The notes: a model not told the origin generated them from the sequence alone. A stretch of 64,000 nucleotides of DNA from Paraphysomonas bandaiensis (GCA_965644295.1 CBFFRP010000075.1:125324-189323), one strand, 5' to 3'; shown: positions 48,335-62,600, counted from the first letter of the stretch. Numbers and translations are program-made.

Positions 48335-49400
48335 TACGCCACACGTTCAAGCCGAGACCCACAGTATTGGACACAGCGGTACGAGGCTTCCACACAAACT
48401 TCACCCTCTCCGCACCAATAACTCCCCCAAATGCTACGTCTCATTCCTAGACCGCATACGCGAAACTGCATATGTATGGGACAAATCCTATGCAATCGGC
48501 AGAAATCGCGCCAAGGGCAAAATCGGAGACGACCACACAACAGCCGCCAAATACACAGACTGCGACCACACAACGGACAACATGGCACACATGCTCCTCC
48601 AATGCAAACAACCGGAGATTGCCCTCATACGTGAACACGCCTTCCAAACACAACAATTTAAACACAACTTGACAAACTCCACAGGCAACGATACCCTCAT
48701 CCATGGTTCCACAACGCTCTGACCAAATTTGCAAGGGCCGCATGGGATCCTACCACACCTCAAGCTGAAAGATACTGGACCGGCCAACTCACCGCATCGC
48801 AACTAGCAAACGCCTTCGGCTGCAACATTTCCACCCCATTACTCCAATATCAGTTCCACAAACTATAACAATCTGTCACCAAGATTCTGCCCCCTCTCTA
48901 CAATGGAGGGATAAACATGCTCAAAAACAGAGGCTGCAGACATCACAACATCAAGGCGACACCGATGACACAACACTCGACTTTTGCAAGCTCACAACCA
49001 CACCGCACACACACTGCCACCAACCCGACAATCCTCCAGCTACTTCAAGTAACATCCACCCCTAGAGCCAAGCCCCTCACCACGCGATCTCGCTCCCAAC
49101 GAAGGCCAGAAAACCCGGTCCGGAAGCAAACGACCCTCACCACCAAACGAAACCCAGACACGTTTGGAACTCCCGGACCCTCTGTCACCGACTCACACTC
49201 ACGAATCAAGACCCCACCCTCCACATCCCGGCTCACATGTGGCTACGGACCGCCAGAGACATTACCCAAAGCAAGACCACCGGACTAAGCCCAATACAAG
49301 GGATGGTTGCACCAAGGTGCTTGCAGCAATGAACAAGCAGTCCCGAGACAACTGAGTACTTTTAGCAACTCTGCTACCACTATAATAGTCTAAAGTCGTC
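48335..49400 (+). mobile_element. Degenerate non-LTR retrotransposon (LINE) ORF2 C-terminus and 3' UTR
   Basis: One frame reads VWDKSYAIGRNRAKG..(Y)TDCDHTTDNMAHMLLQC, i.e. the C-x2-C-x8-H-x4-C LINE zinc knuckle with the first Cys mutated (48552-48605). Also RYWTGQL. ORF ends PKARPPD* at 49288, followed by the conserved 3' module at 49300-49341. Confidence 0.8.
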
Positions 49401-49420
49401 GTAGATAGCTTAACACAGTG

Positions 49421-49518
49421 GTTCTCTCATGTAATAATCAGATCTTTATATATATACAGCGTATAATAATATATATATTATGTAAATATATAAAGATCTG
49501 ATTATTACATGAGAGAAC
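49421..49518. repeat. Perfect 33-bp inverted repeat around an AT-rich 32-nt loop
   Basis: GTTCTCTCATGTAATAATCAGATCTTTATATAT (49421-49453) and its reverse complement (49486-49518). Confidence 0.9.
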
Positions 49519-49524
49519 TACTAT

Positions 49525-49798
49525 CGTCATCGCAATCACCGGGGTGTAACTGCTTTCGCTCTCTGTGTCCTTAAGGTGAACTGTCCGGGTGTCTGTTCGT
49601 CAAGACGCACAGACGTCTAAATACAAGTGACAATTATTAGTGTCTCTTGTACCACACAAATATTTGGCTATGAGTGGGCACAACAATATCTGCGGACTAT
49701 ATAATATATATGCGGCTCAAGTTAGTTCCCCGGAGAAATATTTCCGGTACCTATCCCCCAGAACATCACGAAAGGTGCAAGTCCGACTTTGTTGAGGG
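49525..49798 (-). mobile_element. SINE-like element copy (family of 28364-28792), tail truncated
   Basis: Reverse complement begins TCCCTCAACAAAGTCGGACTTGCACCTTTCGTGATG and aligns along the body into the start of the tail module. Confidence 0.85.
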
Positions 49799-50807
49799 AA
49801 GTGGTGCGAGATGTGGAGGTGCTCAGTTTATTCTTTTTGCCAAAACAGTATTTGACATCACGACAATGCTATTTCACGTGCATGTTGAGGTTAAAGTGTA
49901 TTCTGACCCTTATACTGTCATCTGTCGCATATAGTTATGATTGCTATAAAATGAAGTAGTGACTGAGCTCATATATACAAGCCTCTATTTGATCAAATAA
50001 TGGGTTTGTAACAATGATCAGTAACTATGCAGCTTAAGATGCTACATAATTAAGCCAGCCAATTAATTCGTGACAGATATCCAATAACAATAATATAGTA
50101 CAAGTATCCTTTTCAAACCAATTAATTTGATTGGCAATTCAATTTATTGTCACATTGTCATTTTGCCACACATTTAAAAGTAAAGTACGGGATCGCTATG
50201 ATGCTTTAGTCCCTGAAAGTAGTTTGTGAAGTGAATAAATATCCACTATCAGTATAACCTCATAAATATTCAAAGTTTGATATACTATGAGGTGTGATAG
50301 CTTAACAACTGAAAGGTAAAAACTTATTCTCAATGCTGAGAATTATAAATTATAATCACTATCTCTTACCAATTTCATGTTGTCGCTCTGTCTACTACCA
50401 CTCATTTCTTTGTCAGTACAGCTTGCTTCACAATATTCCGTTTACTTCTATATACTTATCGTCATTCATTCTCAGTACACCTGTATACACTGGAACTTAA
50501 ATACCTTATACCTACAGCTTTCATATAGCAGAGCTCAACACTTTTTGCTATAAATTTAATCTATGTTGGCTCTCGTAATAGCGAAATATTCATCGTACTA
50601 TAAGTCAATCTCAGTCCACAAAAAGTAATTATCCCCACGCTTGATACGGCGGCATATTATACAGTAAAATATAAAGTACACCAATTAAGCCAGAGCTATC
50701 ACTACTGTCCGTGGCTCAAGACACAAAGGAACTAGGTCTAAAAGTTCTTTTCATTTATCTTATGAAAAACAATCTACCAGCTGTAACAAAAGCTTACAAC
50801 AGCAGTT

Positions 50808-53800
50808 TTATTCCTCCTCATCTCCTGGTCTCCACCTAAATGGCTCCGGCGGTTCAGCTTCTTCCTCCTGACCTAAGGCAACCAACTCCACTGTCGAAAA
50901 ATAGCATCATTAGACTGATACGATTTCACATGTAACAGTACGTACCCTTGGCAACATCTTCGGGAGATTCTGGATCGGAGTCCATGAGCATTACAATTCC
51001 AGATGGATGCACCATGCGGTGATCCACGGGCATATATCGTTGTCCATCCAATACTGTGATGTAAGGCACTTGGATGGGGACAACACGGTCGGGGTTTGAC
51101 AGGATGAAGGATGAAGCTTCGCGTTCTTTTTTCTTCGGCTCATTCACTACAGCATCGGCGTGTCTCTCCTATATGAAATGAAGTGCATGAGTTATATCGA
51201 TAGCATTTGAAAGGAGTACACATACTTCTACACTGAGATATGAGGTGGTTGACAAGTGCGACGTTACTCTCTCAAGTGGAGCACCATCGGGAAGTGCCGC
51301 CGCAGTAGGCGTCCCAGGTCCTCCTACGGATCCATCCCTCGAAGGATGTCGCCCTAGCTTTTTGGCTTCCTTCCTTGCTTCACGAGCGCGAGACTTAGCA
51401 GTTGTGGAGAGTACAGCTGTAACTACTTTCTCTCTCTTATCCTCCTTCTTTTCCTCACGCTTCGGATATGCAAACATTGACGGTGGAGCAGCACATTGAA
51501 CACCAAAGTTCTTGGGCATATCAAAGTCCTTGTTCAGTCCGATCATCATGGTTGGGGAAAATGCAAGACTGAGAAAGTGCATCAGAGGGTACCAGTACCA
51601 GTACTGTAAGAATAACATCATTCCGACGACACCACCCATCTTCAGAAAACCCGCACGACTTTGCATACTTACTACCACATTCCGCCCCCCAGCATCCAAG
51701 ACACCACTAGCCATTATAGCACCAGATTTGGCCATTGCAGTTTGATGCTTATCGCTTATCACAGAGGAAAGATGATCACGGAACTTCTTGACTGCAGGGC
51801 TTCGCGCCTCGCTGATTTGCATTAGTACCATGGCAAGGGCTAGGTATGCACCCTGTCGCACATAGTCCACCTGGTCCTCGAGCATTGGCTGTAATAAATC
51901 AATAGCATCCTTGAAGGCGGTTCCAACGCAGGAGATGCCAACAGCCATACAGGCCCCATATCTAACATGTGGGTTGAAAGACTCTGCCAGTAGGGAGACC
52001 AATTTCGGTACCGTCTCATGTCGGCGGAAGAGCACGAACCCCAAACAAGTCACTGCTGCGCGGCGGACGTCATCGTTCACATCGCTGACTGCAACGTGAA
52101 GCAGCCGTCTTATAGCACCGTTGTCTCCTGTCCCACAGTATGCCATGGCTACTGCGTACATGGCCCCGTACCTCACGATGGGGTCGCGGTCACGAGCCAG
52201 CTGTTCGATAATAACATCCGCACTCTCCTCTTTGCCGTACACCATCATCGCAATAGCCAAGGCAAGGCCGCGAATAATCTTTTCGTGCTCTGTATCATGC
52301 GCATAGTTTAGGAGGTCAGGAATTGAGTTTTGTGCAACTGTAGTATCTGCTTGTCCTAAGAGCAGTAGTCCAATAGCAAGAGCTGCACCCTCACCAGCCA
52401 CTGCACTATCGGTGAAAAGTGTATTTTTCAGTTCATCAAAAATGGCTTCGTTGCCTGTGGCCATCGCCGCGAGTCCGATTCCAAGACAGGCCCCATGTTG
52501 CACTACCTCGTTATTACCAGCGTTTCTCAGTGCCTCAGATAGATAAGATATGGTCCGTGAATCTCCCGACCCCCCTTTGTTCGCATGGATTAGACCAAGG
52601 GCGTATAATGCACCAGACTCCGTGTAGGGAGACGCTGATATACCCCCTTGTGGTAGGTAAGGTTGAAGAAGATTCATCGACTCGTGCACATGACCCTTAT
52701 GCACAACCCCTATCGAGGCAACGGCCGTGAACTTGGACCAGTTGCTTGCCTTACCCAGCCATTCGAGGTTGTCGCGTAAGAAGGCATCTATAGTAGTACC
52801 ACAGTTCATATAGGCGTGAGCGACTACTGTGCTGTTGTGCAGGATGGCAGTGCGTCCCTCAGTTGCTGCCTTAATGGATTTCAGAATGCTTATATCGGAT
52901 TTCGACTGCTTAAACAAAAAATTGAGGGTCAAATCCACATCGAAACCCTCTACTAGTATGCGCTTTAGTTTTTTTATGCGCTCCTCGTACTCACTATCTG
53001 AAGTCACGGCAACATCCATTGCCTCTTCCTCCTTGGTATTTTCTGCTGCACTATCCTCCTGAGCATCGGATGACGTTTTCTGAATGGCATCAACAACTCG
53101 CAGAACGAAGCCTTGATTTTCGGTCTCCTGCAAGTCGAATGCAACCTGATACGCCTGAAGTGCATTCTTTTGGGTGCCCTTGCAAAGAGTGACGAGAGTC
53201 TCCGCAACAGCCATGGGTCTGTCCAGGTACTGCAAACAGTAGCACACATTGGCATAGTCCGGGGCTGCAAGGGTGGAATAAAGTTTGACTAATATAGCAA
53301 TCACAGAGAGGCGGAACTCTCTAGAAGGTATATTTCTAGCACCCTGACAGAGATTAAACGTATACCGCAGGATACTCTCACGGCCTGCTGCAATGCCGCT
53401 CACCAGTACCTCTTCAACCTTGTCAATGCGACGTGTGTCGAGCGCTACCCCCATTGCCTGTTCATAGCAGGAATCACGATAGCACCGTTGAAACATCTGC
53501 TCAATAATATTCTCCATTCGTGGGTCGATGTAAACAGCGTTTCCGTCTTCAGTCTCCTGTTGCATTCTTAATTCCATGTACTCATCAATGCACTTGGATA
53601 AAAGTGTTTCGACGTACTCTCCTTTCTCATGAATATTGAAATAGCTCCCGGCACAAAGTGCAAGACGCAATGAATCATTATACTCTTGCAAATGGTAGAA
53701 ACATTTCGAAGCAACTGCCGCCGCAAGTTGAGCTCCAGCAAAGGCGGCATCTTCACTGAGCTCCTCAATAACAGGCAGAGAGTCGCATATTTCAGCCCAG

Positions 53801-54028
53801 TGAACATCAACGATACGATAGAGCCTCTTGAGGGCCGATATCTGTTAGAGATGTTAGTGAATGAAAACAGAGGGGTGTATGGGTTGCCTTAAGGATGTTG
53901 TCCGGTTCATCCAGAAAGACGATCACACCTGCGGCTACACACACATAACACACACACACATACATACAAACAAACACACCCGACGAACTCCCACCACACC
54001 CAGAAGACACACATAACGATGAGGACAT
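50808..54028 (-). CDS. PSMD1: 26S proteasome regulatory subunit RPN2/PSMD1
   Basis: AGVIVFLDE; HWAEI; FLRDNLEWLGKASNWSKFTA; PC repeats; AVSDVNDDVRRAAV; SFNPHVRYG; QYWYWYPL; VLSTTAK; NPDRVVP; C-terminal PPEPF. Confidence 0.97.
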
Positions 54029-54138
54029 ATGATAATCCTAGAGATGCTCTTGATGTCACTGGTCCTACAAAGATGCAACAACAAGAAAGAGATAATAGCC
54101 CATAACAACACTCACACATATACTCACACACATACTCA

Positions 54139-54721
54139 CATACATACATACATACATACATACATACATACATACATACATACATACATACATACATACA
54201 TACATACATACATACATACATACATACATACATACATACATACATACATACATACATACATACATACATACATACATACATACATACATACATACATACA
54301 TACATACATACATACATACATACATACATACATACATACATACATACATACATACATACATACATACATACATACATACATACATACATACATACATACA
54401 TACATACATACATACATACATACATACATACATACATACATACATACATACATACATACATACATACATACATACATACATACATACATACATACATACA
54501 TACATACATACATACATACATACATACATACATACATACATACATACATACATACATACATACATACATACATACATACATACATACATACATACATACA
54601 TACATACATACATACATACATACATACATACATACATACATACATACATACATACATACATACATACATACATACATACATACATACATACATACATACA
54701 TACATACATACATACATACAT
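54139..54721. repeat. Perfect (TACA)n tetranucleotide microsatellite, about 145 units
   Basis: Uninterrupted CATA/TACA run of ~583 bp. Confidence 0.99.
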
Positions 54722-54988
54722 CGTAAGGTCAAAGCTTTTGTAAGTGTTAGTAAAGTTAATCAATATTAGTTTACACCAAAATAATATATATCAGAACAAC
54801 TGAATTGTCATAACTCCACAGGGCGAGTGGATGTATTGATTCATTAACTAATTATGGGAATGCTTTAGAAAAAAGCTTTTGCATAGAAGCAGATGATATG
54901 AAATCTTAATACATGTATTTTCAGGCCCAGTTTTAATATATCCGCTGTGAAATATCTCCCTTTCTTTTATTACAGAATTTTTAACTCG

Positions 54989-55684
54989 CAGGGCTGCGTA
55001 TCAATTATTAATTGACAATTATTGAAATTGAAATAATTGAAATTGGGACATCAACTCATAAATGCAATCATCATTTACTCCAGCTTGCTCCTATTAACTG
55101 ATAAAAAGTACAACCCTCCACCCTTTTATACTGAAAAGTTGATAAAAAACGGCATCTTTTATTGAGAAAATCCTTTTTTACGATAAAAATCGAAGATTGT
55201 TAAAAAGCTATAATATTCATAGGATAATCTCACGTAATTGGCGATATGAGCGATAAACTGGTACCTGAAGTCAATGCACGAGTGTTTTTTGAGAAAATAA
55301 ATGATGATTACGTAGACATTGAGAGTCTAGTTGAGAGTGACGGCGCAGCACAACGTTAGATTGATGGTAGCAGGCTATGGAAGTGAGCACGTCTTCATCA
55401 GGAAACCCGTTACCGCAGCAGGAAGCACTTGCATGCCACAACCAATAGGGTTGAAAGGTTGTTCAGTAGAGCTAAGGTTGTTATTTCTGATGTGCACAAG
55501 AGTATTACTTATGTTTTTACGCATGAACCATCGCTTCTGGTATGAAACGGCAGTTGAGGTAGCTATATTGGCAGCTAATGTCGTTTAGTACTAAATAATT
55601 GCAGTAATTGAAATTGAGACAGCACGTAATAATTGCAAATATAATTGGCTACAACCCGCGTCGATTAATTGATACGCAGCCCTG
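54989..55684 (+). mobile_element. Non-autonomous hAT deletion derivative (same family as 38389-39571, opposite orientation)
   Basis: TIR CAGGGCTGCGTATCAATTA; exact 8-bp TSD TTAACTCG (54981-54988 and 55685-55692); remnant LHATTNRVERLFSRAKVVISD at ~55430-55490. Confidence 0.92.
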
Positions 55685-55725
55685 TTAACTCGCTTGTGAA
55701 AAAAAATCGGAAAACTAATTCATCC

Positions 55726-56530
55726 CTATTTCATCATGGTCTCTAGAAAATCTCCATCTAGCCACTCTTGATAAATTTTTTCACTAGTTTGTTCTTCGTT
55801 TTTAATTTTCCCCTGTAACGTATCAACGCAAAAACCAGGGGTTCCCGCCAAGCGAACATTTTCTGTGTAGGATTTTCCGGCAAAGTATTTTGATATTTCG
55901 CTATCTGTCCATTGCAAATCACGAGGTTTCTGAAGTAACCTAATTTTTCCCTGCATTCAAGTTAAGGATGTCTTTTGCCAAGTGTGGATTGGTCACACAT
56001 AGCAACACACAATACGAATTGTGCTTGACTGAATCTTCTGCCAACCGCTTGATGAATTTTAAGACCGAAGTCAAGTTAGAATGCTGGCAAACATTATCAA
56101 AGTGGTCAAAAAGTATTACGACCCGTTTACCACGTCGAAAGTAACGCGACAGAATTTGATCACACCAAGAATCATCAGGCTCGTTGCAAGGAATAACAGT
56201 AGATATCTTGTCGTTGCATTTCATCAAATTGTCAACACCCAAAGCTGTGTTAATCCACTGCACACCACCATCCCCTCCAACTTCTGCAAAGGTTGAATCA
56301 TTCACTTGAACCAGTCCACCAATTTTAGTCGTCAACAGCAATTCGTTGCATGCTCGAATGGCATAAGATGATTTCCCGCTGTCGGGCGGTCCCCATAACA
56401 CTAGAACACCAGGACCGTTCTGAATTTGCGTGTAAATATTGCCTATAGTTCTGGGATTTTCGACATAAACTGGAAATACGGCAGGCGTCTTTAACTTGTT
56501 TTTATATATTCTTGCGAACCGTCTAAATTT
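55726..56530 (-). pseudogene. Intronless P-loop NTPase (AAA-like), frameshifted
   Basis: Walker A VLWGPPDSGKSS; Walker B VVILFDHFD; frameshift in a GGGAAAAA run at ~55944-55952; in-frame stops upstream near 56531-56540 with no ATG. Confidence 0.65.
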
Positions 56531-57373
56531 CTAAATTTATGCTATGGCTCTAGACCGTAACAATAGTTTCAGGATCTGTGGACAGCACATGTCCACTGGA
56601 TAACTAACTCAATCTGCTGTAGTGGAGTATGTGCTTGTTGATGTTACATGTATGTGCGCAGGAAGCAAAATGACATCGTGATTATGATCGAGGTAGCGAG
56701 CGAGCACGAGTGAGAAGTAGATGAGGGAGTAGTGTGTCGTGCACTGCGGTAACATTCATATGGCTATGTCGGAGTTATCTCGGAATCTACTTTTGATGTC
56801 GTAGATGGAGGTGCATTAGTTTTTGCGGTGGAGACAAATGCAGTTCCCTCAGTGAATAGATCAGACGATCCCTAATCTACCAAGCCGGTACGATGGGCGT
56901 CTTGATAATGCTAATGCTGCAACCCGTCTCAAACCAGATGTTATGTTTGTCTCTCTGTGCCCATGTTTGCTCCTTCTACCTTTTTTGTTTGACCTGAACC
57001 CTATTGAACGTGATTTTAGCCAAACTTTATATTCGTAATCTTGTAGGTAGTGCTTCAGGAAAATATGTTTGTTAATGTAGGGAATGTTTGAATTGGACAT
57101 TACAATCTAATTAACTTGCTCAACACGTAAAGCTTAGTTCCTTTTTTGCACACAACGTACTTTCAAGAGAGAATTAGAGTTATTGATCTATCTACTAGTT
57201 GGTTTCACCTATTGCACACTATATTTTTGCTAACTTCAGTTACAGCAGAACTTTACTGAGTGTGTTAGTATGTAATAATGGTTATTCTATACTATGAGCT
57301 CTCTATTGTATATGATTATGTTTGTACATATTCCACGTTTGAAAGGATACAATTATTATGAATATCAACTCTT

Positions 57374-57443
57374 TATGAATCAAGATCTACTGAATAACAT
57401 GACTATTACTATGAATCAAGACCTACTGAATAACATGACTATT
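57374..57443. repeat. 36-bp tandem duplication
   Basis: TATGAATCAAGA(T/C)CTACTGAATAACATGACTATTA occurs twice. Confidence 0.9.
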
Positions 57444-57699
57444 ATATATGATAGGTTTTCCATTGAAATATACAACTCATAACCGAAACAGAAAAAGAGA
57501 AAAGAGATAACAGATGTATAATGAAAACTAGCAATGACGTATAGTGATGAGAACTATGATTAATGTTATTTACTTGCATGCATATCAATGTCATGATGAA
57601 ACGCATTACCTGTGATATATTGATTGCAATATACGGCAATAGGCAATATATAGTGAGCTACCTTAACTATAACAATATATTAATGAAAATTCAGTATAT

Positions 57700-57921
57700 T
57701 GTTCCCGGATGCCTGCTTATTCGTCAAGGCCCAAAGACGTCTACACAAGTGACAATTATTAGTGTCTCTTGTACCACACAAGCATTAGGCTATGAGTGGG
57801 CACAATAATATCTGCGGACTATATAATATATGTGCGACTCACGTTAGTTCCCCGGAGAAATATTTCCTGTACTTACCCCCCAGAACATCACGAAAGGTGC
57901 AAGTCCAACTTTGTTGAGAGG
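57700..57921 (-). mobile_element. SINE-like element copy (5' body only)
   Basis: Reverse complement begins CCTCTCAACAAAGTTGGACTTGCACCTTTCGTGATG; closely similar to 49585-49798. Confidence 0.85.
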
Positions 57922-58055
57922 ATTTTGGGAGGTTTGATGACCATGAGATCAAGAAGGTTGTGAAACTGTCCAATTCTCATCTGAATACAAGAGGACTAAA
58001 TGTGATATATTGCATGTATACAATATCTATCTGTATACATTAACGGAATGTTAGA

Positions 58056-58798
58056 CAGGGCTGCGCAACAATTAATTGATTTAATTGCAAATGTTTTTGA
58101 GCAATTAAATTGCAATTATTAGTTATAGCTCGCGCAATTATTGCAATTATTGTCAATTTTTATTAGCTACTCATTACAAGCACGAATAGCACCTTCAACC
58201 GTACTTGCATTCCGCAGATGTCTATTACAGTGCAAGAACATAAGAGCCTCCATTCAATGAGGTGCCATAGATTCGCGCATATCACATATGTTGAGTTTTG
58301 CTCTGCTGAAAAGCCGTTCTACACAATTATAGTGGTGGAGTAAATATGCTTCAAGCAGCGGTACTTAGTTGGTTTACTTGTGCGTAGTCGCTTTCGTTCT
58401 TTTTGTGCATCTGGTGTCTTTTCATTAGTAAGTCCACACCATCATCTTCGAGCTGAACTTAGTCTTGCAGCTTAAGGTCAAGTGGGAAGACGTAATCGAC
58501 AGTACAAAGAAACTGCACCATTCAGAATGTAAGAAGATAATGACCGAGATATTGAACAGTGACGACAATATAGCATGAAGTCATTTTTTGGTAACAGATA
58601 GCAGTGATGTAGCAATGAATAATAGTCAGTAAGGGTGATGGCTACTAAGAGAAATAAATGGCTATCGTCCTTAAAGTTTTCCAAGTTCTTATACAATTAA
58701 TTGCATTATTATTTAATCGCAACCTTCCTGCGAGCAATAAAATTCCAATTATTATTACTGTAATTAATTGTAATTCAATTCATTTTTATGCAGCCCTG
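58056..58798. mobile_element. Non-autonomous hAT element, second CAGGGCTG family
   Basis: Termini CAGGGCTGC...GCAGCCCTG; TSD ATGTTAGA / GTGTTAGA (7 of 8 match). Confidence 0.85.
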
Positions 58799-59616
58799 GT
58801 GTTAGAGTATGTTCCCATGTTTAAGTGAAAATTCTTATTTTTAACTAGAGGTGAATACCATAATAACCTGGCCAATCTAGTCGTTGTTAAATGACTAGTA
58901 GGTTGGTGTGACTAGTGACTAGGGAATACACCCATATGATAAGGTTGAATAATAGATCCCGATATTTTTCATATATATATAATATTATATAGCGGGCGCA
59001 TAACCTGCAACCTGCAATATGCTGCAATCGTTTTACCCCCCTGTCTGATATTAACTGTGTAATCTTAAGATTTATAATCATTCTGTTCTCCCCATGTAAT
59101 TATAGATTATAGTATTAAATTTTCGATACGGCATGCATAGAATCTACTTTAAGTTAGTAGGTATTAATGGCCATTATAATATTATAATATCCGGGGCTTT
59201 TTCATTACTGCCATTATAATTACCGAGAACTGGACTACCATAAAGGCCCTGGTATGTATATGGCTATCTATATCTATATATTGATTGCAATATATTGTGA
59301 GCCACTTTTACATAAAAAATATATTTTACAATAATATATTGTTCCCTAGCCCTGACACATACTATTATTTGATCTACTAAGTTATCTGTCTTCAGGACTG
59401 TTTACTTACGTCTTAAGATAAAATGAAGTATCAACTAAAGTATTCAGTAGACTTATATCGACAACCCGAAACTTTGACAATACATTACTCAGTCATACAT
59501 AAACATGAGTCCACGATGCATTACATCAGTGGCCCTAAAAGTGATACCTAAGCCACTTACACACGCACAATATATATCTACTATCAAATATCTACTATTA
59601 AATCTACTACATTTAA

Positions 59617-62600
59617 CTAGAAATCACTCCTCATAGGTCCTCGACTGGTTGTCGATGATTCACCAAACAGGGTGTTTGGAGAAACGTTAGAATCAAACGC
59701 GAAAGTCTTTTGGCGCAGTGCTGCAGGCGATGCTCTGCTATATGCACCATTCCTATATAACGATTACAATACATAAAATACGAACAGGACCAGGAGAACA
59801 CATACCTTGCGTTGGAATACTGTACCATCGGTGCACCAGTACCGTGTGAGGAAGCCGCACCACAATCCGAATCAGTGTCTCTTCCCCCCCTCTCCTGCCA
59901 GCCACCTCCTCCAGGATCAACCATTCCCTCCAGAGCTATGCCAGTCATTGTTTGTTGCACCTGATAGCCACTGTTCCAGACTGGTGTGTTAGCGAATTGG
60001 GACAACTCCAGCGAGTCACCACTATGGTTGGTCTGCACGTGGTGTGTGTGAATGCTTCCGGCGGCAGATCCACTAGAAGTGACAGTATTTGTATATATGC
60101 GATGTCTAGCGGACACTATCATCTTATTCGAAGACCGTGCAGCCGTCCCTTTCGCCTCATCGCGCTGAGAGATCGAACTCAGGCCCTTAGAGAGCTTATT
60201 AGCGACGTCTATTTGGGCCTGACTGCTGGCGCGGGGTGGCTCCCTCTTCTCACGTGGAGGGGGCGGACGCCAACCTGGCAAACTACGGGATCCCTATACA
60301 CAAAACAAGAATATGACAACTCCAAGTGCGGTACATTTCAAATACCTGAGAAGAGCGTTTTCCTGTGCGAAACGGCTCGTTGAGGGCTGGGAGAGACTGA
60401 GAGTCACGATCAGAGTCACTTCCACCTCTGTCAGCGGAGGGTCTTTCGTATGACTTGGAGCGGTTCCCGAGGGGACACTTCAATCTCATCGTCTGTCGTC
60501 GGTCCTGCAGAAACACTTGGAACAAGATGTCCTCCAGTGATTTCCCTATGCTTCTTTTCTCAGGTGGCAAGGGTGGTGTCGAAGATGCCACTGTAGTCGC
60601 GGCTGGTAAAGAATTTTCTCCATCCGCCGTGCGAGCTCTTGGTGAGGGCGTCTCGAGCGATGCGTCGGCAGTACTAACACCAACACCGGCCCCAGTCGCA
60701 TCTCTCTTGTCGTCCTCTATATCTTGTTCTGCTTCTCCATCGTCGGGCTCCTCTTCTACTTTTGTATCGTCCGTTTTGGGAACAGGAGGAAATATTCTTC
60801 GAGCAAGTAGGTCACACAACATGCGTAAAGGACAGAAATTAACGTAGTATACCTTGTGAAAGAGGGTAGGCGGCTACTCTCGAAGGCTATCCACTTATCG
60901 TCCAGCGCTGGTATATGTTGCGCGAGAACTTCTTGTCTGTGATATCAAGGGAGTGTGATTTAGAAAATCAAGCGAATTAGATCGACTCGCCTGAATGCTT
61001 CGTCGTCCTCTGCAGCCCCACGCCAAGCTGCACTAGACCTTCTATGAGGAGGAGAGAGAGATCGTGAGTTCTCAGCAGCCTTGGGTTTGCGCTGCATTGA
61101 TGCAAATACAGTTAGAATTACATCCATTTTGCGCATATCTAACAATTTACTCACCTCTTTAGGACCATTACTCGTAAGTCGTTTCGGGGGTTGTGCTTGG
61201 TTCTGAGCGGCCAGTCGCTCGCTGCTGGATTCTTGTGGGTTCGGTGCTACATCGGATTCAGTAGATGCGGAGACAGTTGGTTTGCTTTCCAACGGCACAG
61301 TGACCTCTGCAAGAGGGGGGATGGGCACCACCAACTCGGCAGCAGCTTGGCTAGCAGAGCTTGACATTAGTTCATAAGGAACATCATATTTGTCGAACAC
61401 GAAAGTAATGAATTCCTCCTCCCGGCCCTGGGCGCAACATTAAAATAATCGTCGGAGAATCTATTCTCATACCTGATACTTCGCGAGGAGCTTGTCAATC
61501 TTACCCAACTTTGATGGGCAGTACTGCGCATACACCTTCGACAATATTGCTTTAATTTCCTTTATCACTACTCAGAAATGTACTCTGCCTCCGAAATATC
61601 TCTCACCTGGAATCTCTCTGGCGTGACGGGCTTGCAGTCACTCAGCTGCTGCTGCTCCAGCCTATCTTGTTGTTTTTTGCGTTCCGTCTCTCGAATAGCC
61701 TCGATAGCCTCTTCATTAGCTGCTGCTATTTCCGCAGCCTGCATAGCCTCTTTGGCTCTCTCTTGCTCCTTCTCACGCTCTTTCAACATCTCCGCTCGCC
61801 GTTTGCTCCACCGCTCCCGGCCTATACGCTCTTGCTCTTCTTTCCTTTCCTTCTCTGAGACAGCCTTTTCGCGCATCTTTCCTGTGCTGGCAGTGGTCCT
61901 GGTATCCACAAGATTAAGTGTGCCTTGCAGTAAGGCAAAATGTATACATATACCTCTCTGCCAGTAGACGGCGCTCTGCCTCCACCTTATGGTAGAGGGT
62001 AAACATCTGCTCATCATCAGGGCGCACTGGAAGAATATTGAAAACCTCATCCATAAGTCTGCCTTTAATATCTCGGTCCAGCGGCGAGTCAGTGCCGAAA
62101 CTGCATAAAAGTAATCAACCACTTGAATAGATAAAAAGAAAGTACCTAGGGAGGTGGTTTATTTCAATAAGCCAAGGCTTAAGGTGTGAGTCTACCATGA
62201 TATCAATGCCCAGTATCTCAAAGCACCTCGATCCACGCCAGTCGTCCTTGTTATTCGCTTCACCTGCAGTCTCACTAGTTGCCTCTTCGGCGGGCTTATC
62301 TCCTCCCCCATCCTCCTCACCCTCCCCATCACTATTGCTACCGTCGCTGTCTTCATTGGAACTCGCACTAGTCGCCCTACTGCACACCTCTCCTTCCGTT
62401 TCCGCCTCTTCATCATCACCTTCCCCTATGCGTACAGAACGATTACCAGCACCCCCACCTTTTCCTCCATTTTTCGCGGTTCCTTTCTTGTCAGTCCCTG
62501 CCTTTGGTAGCTGCTTTTCACTGGGCTTTTTAGTCATATACTTCTCGCTACCGGGTGGAGGGTTGACGGGGACATTATAGAAGGATTTAAAGTGGAAGTC

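Noticed and set aside
53907-54769. Long ORFs of MYVC / HTYI repeats
   Set aside because: Artefacts of the (TACA)n microsatellite.
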